Assembly: GCF_036588685.1 (NCBI RefSeq)
Contig: NC_086385.1
Location: 6,634,001 to 6,698,000 of the forward strand
Length of the DNA: 64,000 nucleotides
Direction of reading: 5' to 3'
Origin: Mytilus trossulus
Taxonomy: Eukaryota
Shown: in pieces, positions 38,128-49,783 of the stretch
How the letters are laid out: each line of letters opens with the position of its first letter
Numbering within the stretch: position 1 is the stretch's first letter
Made by a program: the position numbers and the translations under genes
The notes under the pieces: generated by a model
Database searches by the model: none
What the model was told of the DNA's origin: nothing
Seen by the model: only the letters and a program-made list of their open reading frames with translations

Positions 38128-38957
38128 GTAACAATACTTAGCTATTAATTTTTTAAAACAAATGAGCAAATCTTGAAAGCTTCTCGCTCTATCTGCATTT
38201 GGTGTCAGTCATATATTTATATCGTTATCCTCAACTTTTTTTTTGGAGTGGAGTATGAGTTCCAATGAGACAACTCTCCGTCCAAGTCACAATTTATAAA
38301 AATAAACCATTATGGGTCGAAGAGAGGTCTTCAACACGAAGCTTTGGCTCACATCGAAAACAAGCTTTAAAGGGCCCCAAAAATTACAAGTTTAAAACCA
38401 TTCAAACGAGGAAAAGCCACCGCGGTCTAATATATGTTTACTCAAAATTTGATGTCTTTCAGATAAATTTTTATTATCAATAGAACTAGTCCAAGTTCTA
38501 AGTTATAAGCCTGTGATTGAGACAATGGTGCGCTGAATATGGAAGAACAATATGTAGTTGTTCTATATAATAACCCCCTGTGTAGTTTTTCTCTTTAAAA
38601 AATATTCATCTCTAAAACTACTTGGCAAAAAGGGTAGCGTAATGCTGTTCTCGACAACTTGACTGTTCATTAATATTAAATTTACACAAATTTTAAATTA
38701 TTAGTTTTTTTTCTCAAGAAACTGGAATACTCAGGACTTTTTTGATAATCACTATATCACACAAACTGTAATTTCTGGTGTTTCTGGATCACAACCTGGT
38801 TACTATAATTACGGGCGATACTCAAAGATATAGTGCGAACCTTCAACTGTTAGAGACCCGCACACCCGAAAGAACTTCACCTATGATTGAAATAAAGTTG
38901 GTTTTTTGTTGATATTCAAGATGTTACCTTTCCTGTAACAGCTGTATCTTTCTTTAA

Positions 38958-39682
38958 GGTAGCACAATACAAAGATTTATTTACTTCCAATCCCCAACCT
39001 TTAAAACGCTGTAACTTTCTTAAAATTGCATATAAATTAATAAAAGAGGTATATGTAGATAGATAAAAGAATAATCTTTTAAATGAATGCAATATTTTTG
39101 TTATGCAATCATTATGTAATCAATTATTATACAATTAGTTGCAAAATCGTGGTCAGTTCACTATAATGAATTTAGCTCTTTATTCTTTATAGCTACACAA
39201 GAAATTTGAACGTTATCTTAATTAGCACAGCAGGAGCTTCAAAAGGGTGTCTCAAATTATCGCTATCGTATTCCATTCTCTCATAAATTTGTAATTAGTG
39301 TAAACATCCTTACCACAAAAGAGTAGATAATGTATGATTAGGTGTAACATTTGATCTATACATTCTATCCAAAATCTGAGACAACCTTTTGTAGATAATG
39401 ACTCAAGGAACAACATATAATAAAATCAACCCTCTAGGAGGATCCATGAAGAAGCTAATTTCAATTGAATGTGGAAATTTGTTGTAAAATTTTGTAGACA
39501 CAGTTATCATTATAATTGATTACATAATTGTTGTATAATACTAACATTGCATTAATTTGAAAGAGTAGTCTGTGTTAGCTATCCATGGATACCTTTATTA
39601 TAAATTTTCAAGCATTATAACGAAAGTTACAGCATTTTAAAACTGGGGAATTGGAGGGTTAAAATCTTTGCATTGTGCTACC
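38958..39682. mobile_element. Complete Kolobok-like MITE with TTAA TSD
   Basis: TTAA|GGTAGCACAATACAAAGATTT ... AAATCTTTGCATTGTGCTACC|TTAA; imperfect TIRs extend ~180 bp. Confidence 0.85.
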
Positions 39683-40684
39683 TTAAATGAAACATTTTCC
39701 AATAAAAAAAAAAGTGACATACAATTCAACCATGCCTACAACAAAGACCAATTTCCTTGTCAAATTTTAAAGTGTTGTGGTCATTTTAAAACAAGAAACG
39801 ACAATCTCGGTATTCATAAATATTCAAAGGAGAAACAAAACAAAGTTTTAAAGAGATTAATAAACAGAAAAGGATTGCAACAGTGCCATCCTTTTAATCA
39901 AACTATACACAAGTTCTTTTGCAGCGACATTTAAACTCTATAATGGTCAAGATCCGATGATTTACCTTTACCGTGTAAAAGTGCCAAGAAAGAAATAAAC
40001 GACATGAATACGAATGTTATGAGAAAAATGGGGTGGGCTCTATAGCCACTATATACTTTGTAAGAGGTTAGTAACCTCATGTTCATTTCAAACACTACAT
40101 CTTGACGACTCATACATTAAAATTCTAAATTTAACTTACTTACTTACTCAATTACAATTTACATAGTGGTTTCACGATGACGAACGGCAAAACAGTCCTT
40201 CTTAAACAAAATGTTTTTCTTGATAAAAAAAAAACACACTCAACCGAAGCCCCTTCTATCGAACCTGCATGTTTCATTGCAAATATCAATCTTCTCAGAA
40301 CTGATAAAGTCTTTGATAATGTTTTTATAACAATATTTTCAAATAGTGCACTGACATTAGTATGGATTATATGTTTAAATAAATCTTTCTAGAAACAATA
40401 TCTGCTTTGAGGTAAAATTTATCTATGTCTTTTTTGGAACATGCATTCATTGCAGTATATTCAGTATACACGCGGTAAATCAAATAATTTCGAAATTAAT
40501 CCATGGAGTAAGAATAAAACCCAGAAAAAAGTCCTTATTTTTTTATGGTTATAGAAACAAAAATAGAAAAAAATATATATACAAGTAAGCTCATAAGCCT
40601 GCCAAAATATGATATTAAGGAATACTTTGAATTTAATGGCCCAATTCAGTCATTTGTCAGTTTCACATTATCTTTATTTTTCAG

Positions 40685-41024
40685 GCCATTAAAGGTCTTG
40701 ATAATTCACAAGCTTCTATTGTAAGTTTAAAGGATACTGAAACAAAGATGCTGGATAATTCAATGGCACAAATATTGTCTCTCAAAGGCAACTCGAAAGG
40801 AAGGTTTCGAATCTTCAAGATGAGTTGGAGCAAATTTCAATATATATTGACAATGATGTTCAAGAAAAGAAGGAACTTAAACAGCCAACATCAAATCTAG
40901 AAGAAATAATAAAAATAAAGGGAGACAATCTAGAGAGGCTTATTGGCAAAAGTAAAAAAAAAAATAGATAAATTTTATGAACGACTGAATAGTAGTGAAG
41001 TTATTAGCCTTGAAACTAAATCAG
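40685..41024 (+). pseudogene. Gene 2 exon 3 (coiled coil; two frameshifts)
   Basis: TTTCAG|AIKGLDNSQASIVSLKDTETKMLD../QRQLERKVSNLQDELEQI../IDKFYERLNSSEVISLETKS G|GTATCT. Confidence 0.8.
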
Positions 41025-41672
41025 GTATCTCTTTTATATTAATGGTAATTGTTAAAGCATCTAGATAATGCATGTCCGTGCCTGTAGATGTAAATTCACG
41101 AGACACGTCAAAACACTAAATTTGACCAAATATCTGATATGATGCATAAGCCCGGGGAGTTACAAGCTCGTTTGTGCCTCAATATCTAAATACACTACTT
41201 AAATGTATAGATTTAATTGTTGATCATTGCTTTCACCGGCTTCACCTACTTATTTGTTAACTATCGAAATGAAAACATATTAAAGGTCATTTAAAAAGTG
41301 TTTTCATGCACTGCTTGCAACCAATATTGTTCGAATTCTCCTGTACCATGTTATTGAATATTTTGTAACAAACTAATATAGTTTCATGAACTATAATATG
41401 AATAAATCACCAGCTTCTTTTAACAAGGCCAGACAAACAAAGTATTGAAACTGAATTATTATATGTATGGTTAAAGAGGGGCGAAAGATACAAGAGGGAC
41501 ATTGCTCTTCACATTCGTACTATATTTGACATTTTTGCTTCTTTTTCAAGTGCCACTAATGAGTCTTTTGAAGACGAAAAGCCTGTTCTAATTGACGAGT
41601 TTGATTTGCATACAAAACTACATATAAACTTGATGGAGGTGTATAACGAATAAGTACTTGTTTGAATTTCAG

Positions 41673-41732
41673 ACTTATTGCAGAATGAATTGAAAAAACA
41701 AGAAAAAGATCATATTCCAAACTATATTAGAG
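41673..41732 (+). CDS. Gene 2 60-nt phase-1/phase-1 linker exon
   Basis: TTTCAG|DLLQNELKKQEKDHIPNYIR G|GTATGA; same length and phases as 16752-16811. Confidence 0.88.
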
Positions 41733-42530
41733 GTATGATTTGTATAAACTTTCCTCGTAATTGTAACAAGAAATTTATATGAATGCTACCTGTTAATTAT
41801 AGATTATTTATTTTCAGGAATAATCCAAACTGATATACATCGATCAAATATATTTAAATACAATCATCATTTATATGTTTGGCTTTATATTACATCTGAT
41901 GATTAGTTATCTTATAAATTCTTCTGTCTTATGCGTGTACAAAAAAGAAGAATCAGAAAGGTTCATCGGGTTTTGATAGTGGATTAATATTAATCATAAT
42001 TGTTCCAGATATCAGGTTCAAGTATGACAGTTAAATAAGTTTTGAGTGAGAACAGCAAATTCATTATGATATGCCATTTCGAAATGATACGCCGAATTGC
42101 GCTAATGTATAAGCTCAAATGACTTCGGACAGGTACATATATACTATTAAGAGGTAAAACATTGTTGTTGGCGTCCAAACCTTCCGAAGAGAGTGGTGTT
42201 TCAGCACAATATAAGGGCTATAAAATCAGTATAAGGGATAAATTCAGTTACAAATTCCCCGTTGACTGCAAATCTATATATTGAATTAAATTTGTACCTG
42301 ATTTATCTTTAGAAATCCAGAGCTTTCATTACCAAACTTTAACATAAAAAAGTTTATGATCGAAAGACAATATCCAGAGTAACTTATTTGCATTTAGATA
42401 CAATCATGATTTAAGCTTCGTTTAAATGTTACGTGTTCAATAATTATGTGTTAACCTTTGCAATAAATAAACCTCTTTCTAATTCCTTGATTGATGATGA
42501 AAACAGTGGTTGTCATTTTTTTATTTGCAG

Positions 42531-44736
42531 TACAACATGAACAAAAAAAATCAGACTGGGAGCAAGACAAAAATACGTTTGTTGAAACCAGAGCATGTAT
42601 AGTTGTTACAGGGAGTTGTGGTAAATCTTCAAACATACACCATATTGCCTTACACTTACGTAACAAGTATGGATATGAGATAATACCTGTTTTCACAGGA
42701 CCATCAGATATAACAAACTATTATAAAACAAATAAACCACAAGTGTTTGTTGTAGATGACATTTGCGGAAAGGAAATAATCAGCAAACTCACTTTACAGA
42801 TCTGGAGAGATTATTCCGAAAATTTGGAAAAATTATTTGCAAATGAAAAAAATAAAATATTGAATACAAATCCCTCAGAATTTCAGGTCAAAAACTACTG
42901 GTTTCCTGTACACTACATATATACAAAGAATCACAGTTTCAACGTATTACATTACTGACCAAAAAAGAATGCAATATATTATCATCAGATTTATGTTTGC
43001 TACCGAAAGAAAGAATGTTCATTATGCAAAAATACCTTCCGGATAATATTATTGACACGCTAATGCCATTGGTGGGGGATGTTGACTTTTCCCCTTAATC
43101 TGTAAAATGTCAAAAAATAAAACATTACAAGAAGTCAAGAAACTTTTTACAGATCCTGTAGATATTATTGAAAGGAACATACACTGCATAATTTCCGAAA
43201 GCAAATTGCAATTCTGTGCTATTGTTCTGTGTATCGTATTTGATGATGGATTCAGAACAGATTGGCTAAAATTAACATCAGCTCCAGAGACGAAGAGAGC
43301 AAAACTTGAATATATAGTTAATGAGTTTGATATAGACTTAACGAAAGAAATGTCAAGAAATTATTTAAAAGACTGTTTCAGAACCTTAAATGGAACCTAT
43401 TTAAAACAAAAAGGTACAAAGTACACAATGATACATGACAAAATCTATAAAATGGCAGCTATTATATGTGGGCAGCAACTTACCGATTTTTTTTATCAAA
43501 TATACCTCTTCTGTATTTATAAGGGGTCATTTTATTTTCAAATCTGTAACGGAAGTTCAAACAAAAGATGACTTGATAGCAATATCCAAAGACCAAGAAG
43601 AAAAATATTTTGAACGATTATTATATGACTTAAAACAGCATGTCATTACAAGTACATTTCATAATTCACAGTTAATATTCAAGTCATTCATCGAGAAGTT
43701 TATAAGTTTTTTTGGGCGGAATGATGATGCAAAAGCATTACTTAATAAGCTTGAGGTAGTAGTAGGCGTAATATCGAGAGACGATGAATAACAAATATAT
43801 AGGTTAATGTCAACCTTAAGTACAACACCTTTAATTGAATCAGCAGCAGGTGGCTACATTGAAATTGTACAGTTTCTTATTGTTGAAATTAACTGTGATG
43901 TAAATAAGTGCGATTCATACGGAAGTAGAAAAGGTAGGTCAGCTTTATATATGGCATCTGAGAGAGGACATTTAGATGTAGTTCAGCTGTTATTAAAAAA
44001 CAATGCAGAAGTTTCCCGGTGTAATGTGGTTCTAGAGTCTTCATTGTTTGTGGCATGTAAAAGAGGACATACAGATATTGTAAGACAACTACTGCAGGGG
44101 AAGGCTGATGTAAATCAGTGTAACTGTTATAGAGAGTCTCCACTTGGTGTGGCCTGTAAGGGAGGACACACAGATATAGTGAAACTATTACTTATGAACA
44201 ATGCTGATGTCATTTTATGTAATGATGAGGAAGAGTCCCCATTGTTTCTTGCCTGTGATAGAGGCCATAAAGATATAGTAGAACTGTTACTGGAGAATAA
44301 TGCTGATGTCTCTCAATGTAACATCTATAAAGATTCACCACTGTATGTGGCCTGTCAAAGAGGACGTACAGATATAGTAAAACTGTTACTACAGAACGAT
44401 GCTGACGTCTCTGAGTGTTACAGTGATGGTGATTCTCCATTGTTAGTGGCCTGCGAAGAAGGGCATACAGAAACATTAGAATTTCTACTCCAAAACAATT
44501 CGAAATTCCTTTCGCATGACATTGATGGAGAATTTTTATTGTATGTGGCCTGTATTGAAGGACAAGATAACACAGTGGAAATGTTACTGAAACACAATGC
44601 TAATGTCGTTCAGTGGGAGATTGATGAGGAATATCTTGCATTACTATTACGTGTGGCCTTACAGAACGGACATGACAAAACAGGAGACATTTTACTGTCA
44701 TACATTGCTGATTATCTTCAGAGTAACAGTTATTGA
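42531..44736 (+). pseudogene. Gene 2 last exon: degenerate nSTAND3-type NTPase plus ankyrin repeats (~43820-44700)
   Basis: Colinear with gene 1 (VFVVDDICGKE, TMIHDKIYKMA, TTPLIESAAGGY), with several frameshifts and a stop. Confidence 0.9.
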
Positions 44737-45790
44737 CAGTATTTTTTTAAGGAGAATAAAATATAGTCTAACTGTCAATTCAGTGTAAGGATAATAAACG
44801 ACGAGTACGGCCCGTGATGGAAGACACAAAGATACAGTGATACAGCTCTTCAATGCACTAGTTTCATATCTTTCAAATATGAACGCGACTCTTTTATAGC
44901 ACTTAGAGACCACAAAGCTGTATTTAGATCAAAAGTACTGAAATTTGCACATTTATCTGATTTTCCAATGTTATTGTCCGTTTCAAGTATCTCTAATTAT
45001 ATACATTGACCACTTTTTTCAGCACTATTACATGAGCACATTATAACCTCAAAAAAGCAGTACCGATAAAGAGACAAAACATATCACGTCAAGAAAAGAG
45101 TACCGCATTATCCCTAATTATATGTGAAATTCTTTCTACAATTATTCGAAATGATTTTTTTATATTATCGAGACCTTTCAATGACGTCTTTAGGTTTCTT
45201 GTCCTGTTTATCCATGGCTTTCAAATATTTGACTTTGACGGGAACTCAAGACAAGCGCTTGGACGCATGAACTTGGTAAAAAAAATGAGTGATATGAATA
45301 CAAGAAATGACCGCGTACATAATGCAGCAAAAATGTATCAGATTTCAGAAATAGTTTATACCGTATATGTTACAATGTACTAAATACAGTTATATGAACA
45401 CAGTCATTAATGCCCCTTTAAAGCATTCAAATTTAGCTATGTGTTTTGTAGATATTTTCTCCCTGAATTAGTTAATTCTGTGTATATTTTTTAAATATAC
45501 GAAAAATAAATTGAGTAACTTTGAAAATGGTTAACATCTGGATGATAAATTTACGAACCAATCACATATTTCGTTTGTATTTATGCAGATGATGAAGAAC
45601 TATCTTTCAGGCGTCCATAGTTTTCACCTTAATGCATCCTTCTGAATGGTACATATATTAACTATTTTAATATGACGTGCTTCTTTCGCTTTGTAAACAA
45701 CACCGTGATAAAATTCTCGATATATATCTATACTTAGCGCAGACTCGGAGATATACATAATAATGTCTGTTATTCTCAAAGCATTTTCTA

Positions 45791-45940
45791 AAAGAGGGAC
45801 GAAAGATACCAGAGGGACAGTCAGACTCATAAATCGAAAATAAACTAACAACGCCATGGCTAAAAATAAAAAGGACAGACAGACAAACAATAGTACACAT
45901 GACATAACATAGAAAACTAAAGAATAAACAACACGAACTC
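45791..45940 (-). mobile_element. Penelope-like 3' tail, family A, short copy
   Basis: AAAGAGGGACGAAAGATACCAGAGGGACAGTC... Confidence 0.8.
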
Positions 45941-47584
45941 TTTCTTCTCGTATTCTATTTTACAATTCTATCATTTAGTTTAGCATCTAATCACATAATA
46001 ATGCTTTTTCCTGTATAATCCATACAAAATGTGTTATTATGTCACAACCTGTAGCTTGAGAAAAAACGCGAGACCTATCATTTTGATTTTATTTTTGAAC
46101 ATATATCAATATATACTACGTTTTGCAAAGGTATGAACAAATTCTATCATTTTCAATTTAGACTCCCATACCACCTTAAACTTTGTTGAACTGGTCCCCA
46201 CGGTGCATATATTTCTAACGTCATCATGTGACGTTTAAATGTAAAAGGAGATCGGAGAGCGTAAAACAGATTGAAGTATAGAGAAATCATAATATGCATA
46301 CGTCATCAATTGATATCATTTTATAGTCACAGAATCAAGGCTTATTATATAGAAAACAACACGAAAGTGTTTCAAAGCGAATCACAAAAAGTTGTTCAGA
46401 TTATGGACCGGGAAGGAAGGAACATTCAAGGATTGTTTGAAAAATACTTCATTGTTAACGATAATTGGAATATAGCCCGTGATACTTTTCTTATTACTAG
46501 TTTGTTATCGAATGAGCAGCAGGTATAACTGCAGCAGGATAAACTTCCACTGCAGTAATTTTCGGTGGAAGATTACTTAAGGATGTCCGATTGTCATGTT
46601 TTGAAATTTTTGTCTAATTTTCGGAATCCTCTGGTTTTATCCATTTGAATGCCTTTAAAAATTTGCCCCATTTTTCTTTTTATAAATTTTGTACATGTAT
46701 AATTATAAACCATCTGTCAAAGTCTTTGTTATTTTTTAAATAGTTTTTGAGCTCTTAAACTTGTCAATTATAAAGCTATGTAAAATCAAGAGAGAACATT
46801 TTCCCGCCAAAATTTCAATGGCTAATATCTCGAAAACAAGCCCATATTGTTTTTTTCCTTTTTTGTTTCCTTAAATAATTCCCTATCAATATATACTAGT
46901 GTTATGAAAAGCTGGTTATTTTGAAACCTTAATAACCTTAAAGATGACCACGGCTATAGTTTTGTTTGCACTATAGAGGTAGAACAGTGTACTAAGCACC
47001 TACTTGTTTCCCTACAATTAACCATTAATGGCGACATTACATGTATGCGACATAAGCAAGATATCATTACGGATTCAAATTTATATAAATATGCATACCA
47101 TCTGACGAGGGTTTATCCAGTAAAGAGCTTCTTAGTAACGTTCAAAGACAATATCTTTTCATTTGGTGATTAATTTTTTTAAACACGCGCGATACAATTG
47201 ATCTATCACAGCTCCTACAACATATATTTGATGGCATGAATTGTATGCAAACATTTACTATTGGATATATATTCCGAAACAAGCCTCCATACACATATTT
47301 GTGCATATTTTAGTTTGCAAGATGCATACAATTTGACACATGGTTATATCCTTCAGGAGTATGTGATATAATCTACGGATGTAATTGCATACAGTCTTGC
47401 AACGCCTTGAGAAAGGGATGTAGAAGGAGTTGCATATGAAAAAATGTATACCCTCTGAATAAAACTGAATCAAACAATCGCTTCGGAAACGGAAATCTCC
47501 AAAACATTTCGGATCAGAAAGCAAAATAAGAGGTTGACAATATCATTATTTGGTTAAGATTTTAAATAACATTTCGATGTAAAT

Positions 47585-47945
47585 GAACTCATCATAGATA
47601 CCAGGATTTAATTTTATATTGAGACAGACGCGCGTTCCGTCTATAAAGACTCATCGGCGACATGAGTGACGCTCGAATCCGAAAAAGTAAACATGTGTTT
47701 TGCATTATATATTGCCTAGGGATTTTTTTTTAATCATTAATATATCTTAGACTGCAATTATACTATGCAAATGTTCCACACAATTGGTTTGATATTGTTG
47801 GTTATTGACGAACTACCGATAGGTACATCTGAATAGATCATAATCAAACTCATCATAGATACCAGGATTACATTTAGCTCTTACGCCAGACGCGCGTTTT
47901 GTCTACAAAAGACTCATTAGTGACGCTCGAATCCAAAAAAGTTCA
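47585..47945 (-). mobile_element. Two retrozyme family 1 hammerhead-end fragments with mutated cores
   Basis: AACTCATCATAGATACCAGGATT..CAGACGCGCGTT..GTCTA..AGACTCAT..GTGACGCTCGAATCC occurs twice, ~260 nt apart. Confidence 0.75.
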
Positions 47946-49783
47946 TGACACTGTATAAAAGTCATGAGAAATTCACTCAGTTTTAATCAAATGGCCATAA
48001 ACCCACTTACTCATGGTATGGCATCAGTATTTCTGACCTAACGCTACGTACTTTTAATTGCTTAAAATCTTTAGAACTTATTTTACAATGTTTCGGGTTT
48101 TTTTCTGGAATATTCTCAGGTAACCCCTCATCAGAGGTCGACCTTTATATGTTCGCATCGTATCTAACATAGTAGATAGATGATGTCATGTTTTATAACA
48201 GTTTATTTTTTGTTGTAGTTAGACATTGACCAAGTTGATCAGTACCATTGTTCAATATTCATAAATATATGTTTTTTTGAAAAACTAATCAATCTTAAAT
48301 CTACACAGGGTCTAGTAGAGATAACCCTCGTCGTTAATATTCCTATTTTGAAACCCATATCGGTTTAAGTATTGTGTCAACATTGTCTTCAACAGTTGTA
48401 TGTGAAAAGCTAAAAAAAATATTTTGCTTTTGTAGATACCTGTATTTGTGTCTGTATGTAAAATCTTTGCATATTATTTTCAGATGTCAGCCTTTTTGGG
48501 GGAAAAAAGGAATTCAGGAGAAAGTGGGCCTTCTTCGTTTGTCCTATTCTTAAATTTACTTGTTCAAAGAGAGATAACCAAAGCTTTTTATCCCAACTTA
48601 AGTGATTTCACTCTCTCCCTCTCTCGATTTTTATGTCAGAGACAAACTGTATTTTTAATGTCCACTAATTGAACCTCTGAAATGTGTGTAATGATGCACA
48701 CAATGAGTGTCTGGATGAGGGATTATGTATTCTCCAATTAGAGGGGTTCAAAATTGCCATCGATACCCAATTATTCAATTTTTCTTAGTTATTCTTTACA
48801 CTTTACCACCCTATTGTCCTATACCAAGGTATTTTAATGTTATCCCTTTGAATTTCTCTTGTCCTTATGTTAGGCCCTTATTCTATCTATGTAAATGCCA
48901 TTCAGGTCATCCTTGATCAAGAAAAAATTAACAGTGCATGCATGTATTGTATGATTGGGATGTTTGGTTCATTCATTGTACCTCAACGCAACTGTTCGAG
49001 GTAAACAAATCCCGTTCGAAACTTTGCGTTAAGTGGTAAGTTTTTTGTTGTTGTATATCATATTTGTGAGTTAATCGGGCCGCTAATTTTCTTGTTTGAT
49101 AATTTCCCAAATTTTGTCATTTCGGGGGCTTATATAATTGTTTGCTATGCGATTTGGGTTTGGCTATTCGTCATTCCTGAAGCCGTACAGTAGTAACCTA
49201 TATATATATATATATATAATAGTTGTTAAAATCTTCATTATTTGATTCTAAATGGATTGTTTATGAAACATTTCCGTCTGAAATACATATCTTTTAATCA
49301 AAAAGTGATTTTGGAAAATGACGACAGAAATATTAAGGAAATCTTAAAAATTGTTTTACATTGGTTCTAGATTTGTATTTGGATGATTTCCCTTTCATTC
49401 GGTTTCATTGCTACACCGTCTTTTTCGTATTGAATATTTGCACCCTCTTTTAAGTGAGAAAAGTGAACACCTGGAGTCGATTTCACCAAAAAACTTATGA
49501 ATAAGTTTGATCGTAAGTATACTGATTTCATGGATTTGTTCATGACTTAAGACCAATCTTAGTCGTAAGGTTTTGTGGTGAAACCGACTTCTGCTTTTTT
49601 TAACTGAAGAGTGATATTCTTTTTTCGAAATTCCCTTCAGGATCAAGTCCAGTATATCAAGCATTTGAAGCACGATATTATAGTGTTATTAACTGGCTGT
49701 TTCTGTATTGACACTGGTATAGATTCAAGGTTTGAGGGCCAATACAGTTGACCGAGAATCTATATTGGCACTGGTATAGGTTA

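Larger units (their letters stand above)
35736..44736 (+). pseudogene. Gene 2: DZIP3-type HEPN - coiled coil - nSTAND3-type NTPase - ~8-9 ankyrin repeats, pseudogene
   Basis: Exons 35736-35967, 37887-38127, 40685-41024, 41673-41732, 42531-44736. Frameshifts at ~37924, ~40780, ~40960, ~42880, ~43090 and ~43490; TAA at 43789-91; in-frame deletions before and within Walker A. Confidence 0.88.

Noticed and set aside
40954-43494. Gene 2 as an intact gene broken only by sequencing errors
   Set aside because: Some indels are in homopolymers (A11 at 40954; T-runs at ~43087 and ~43490) and could be errors, but the P-loop deletions and the TAA at 43789 are not homopolymer artefacts.
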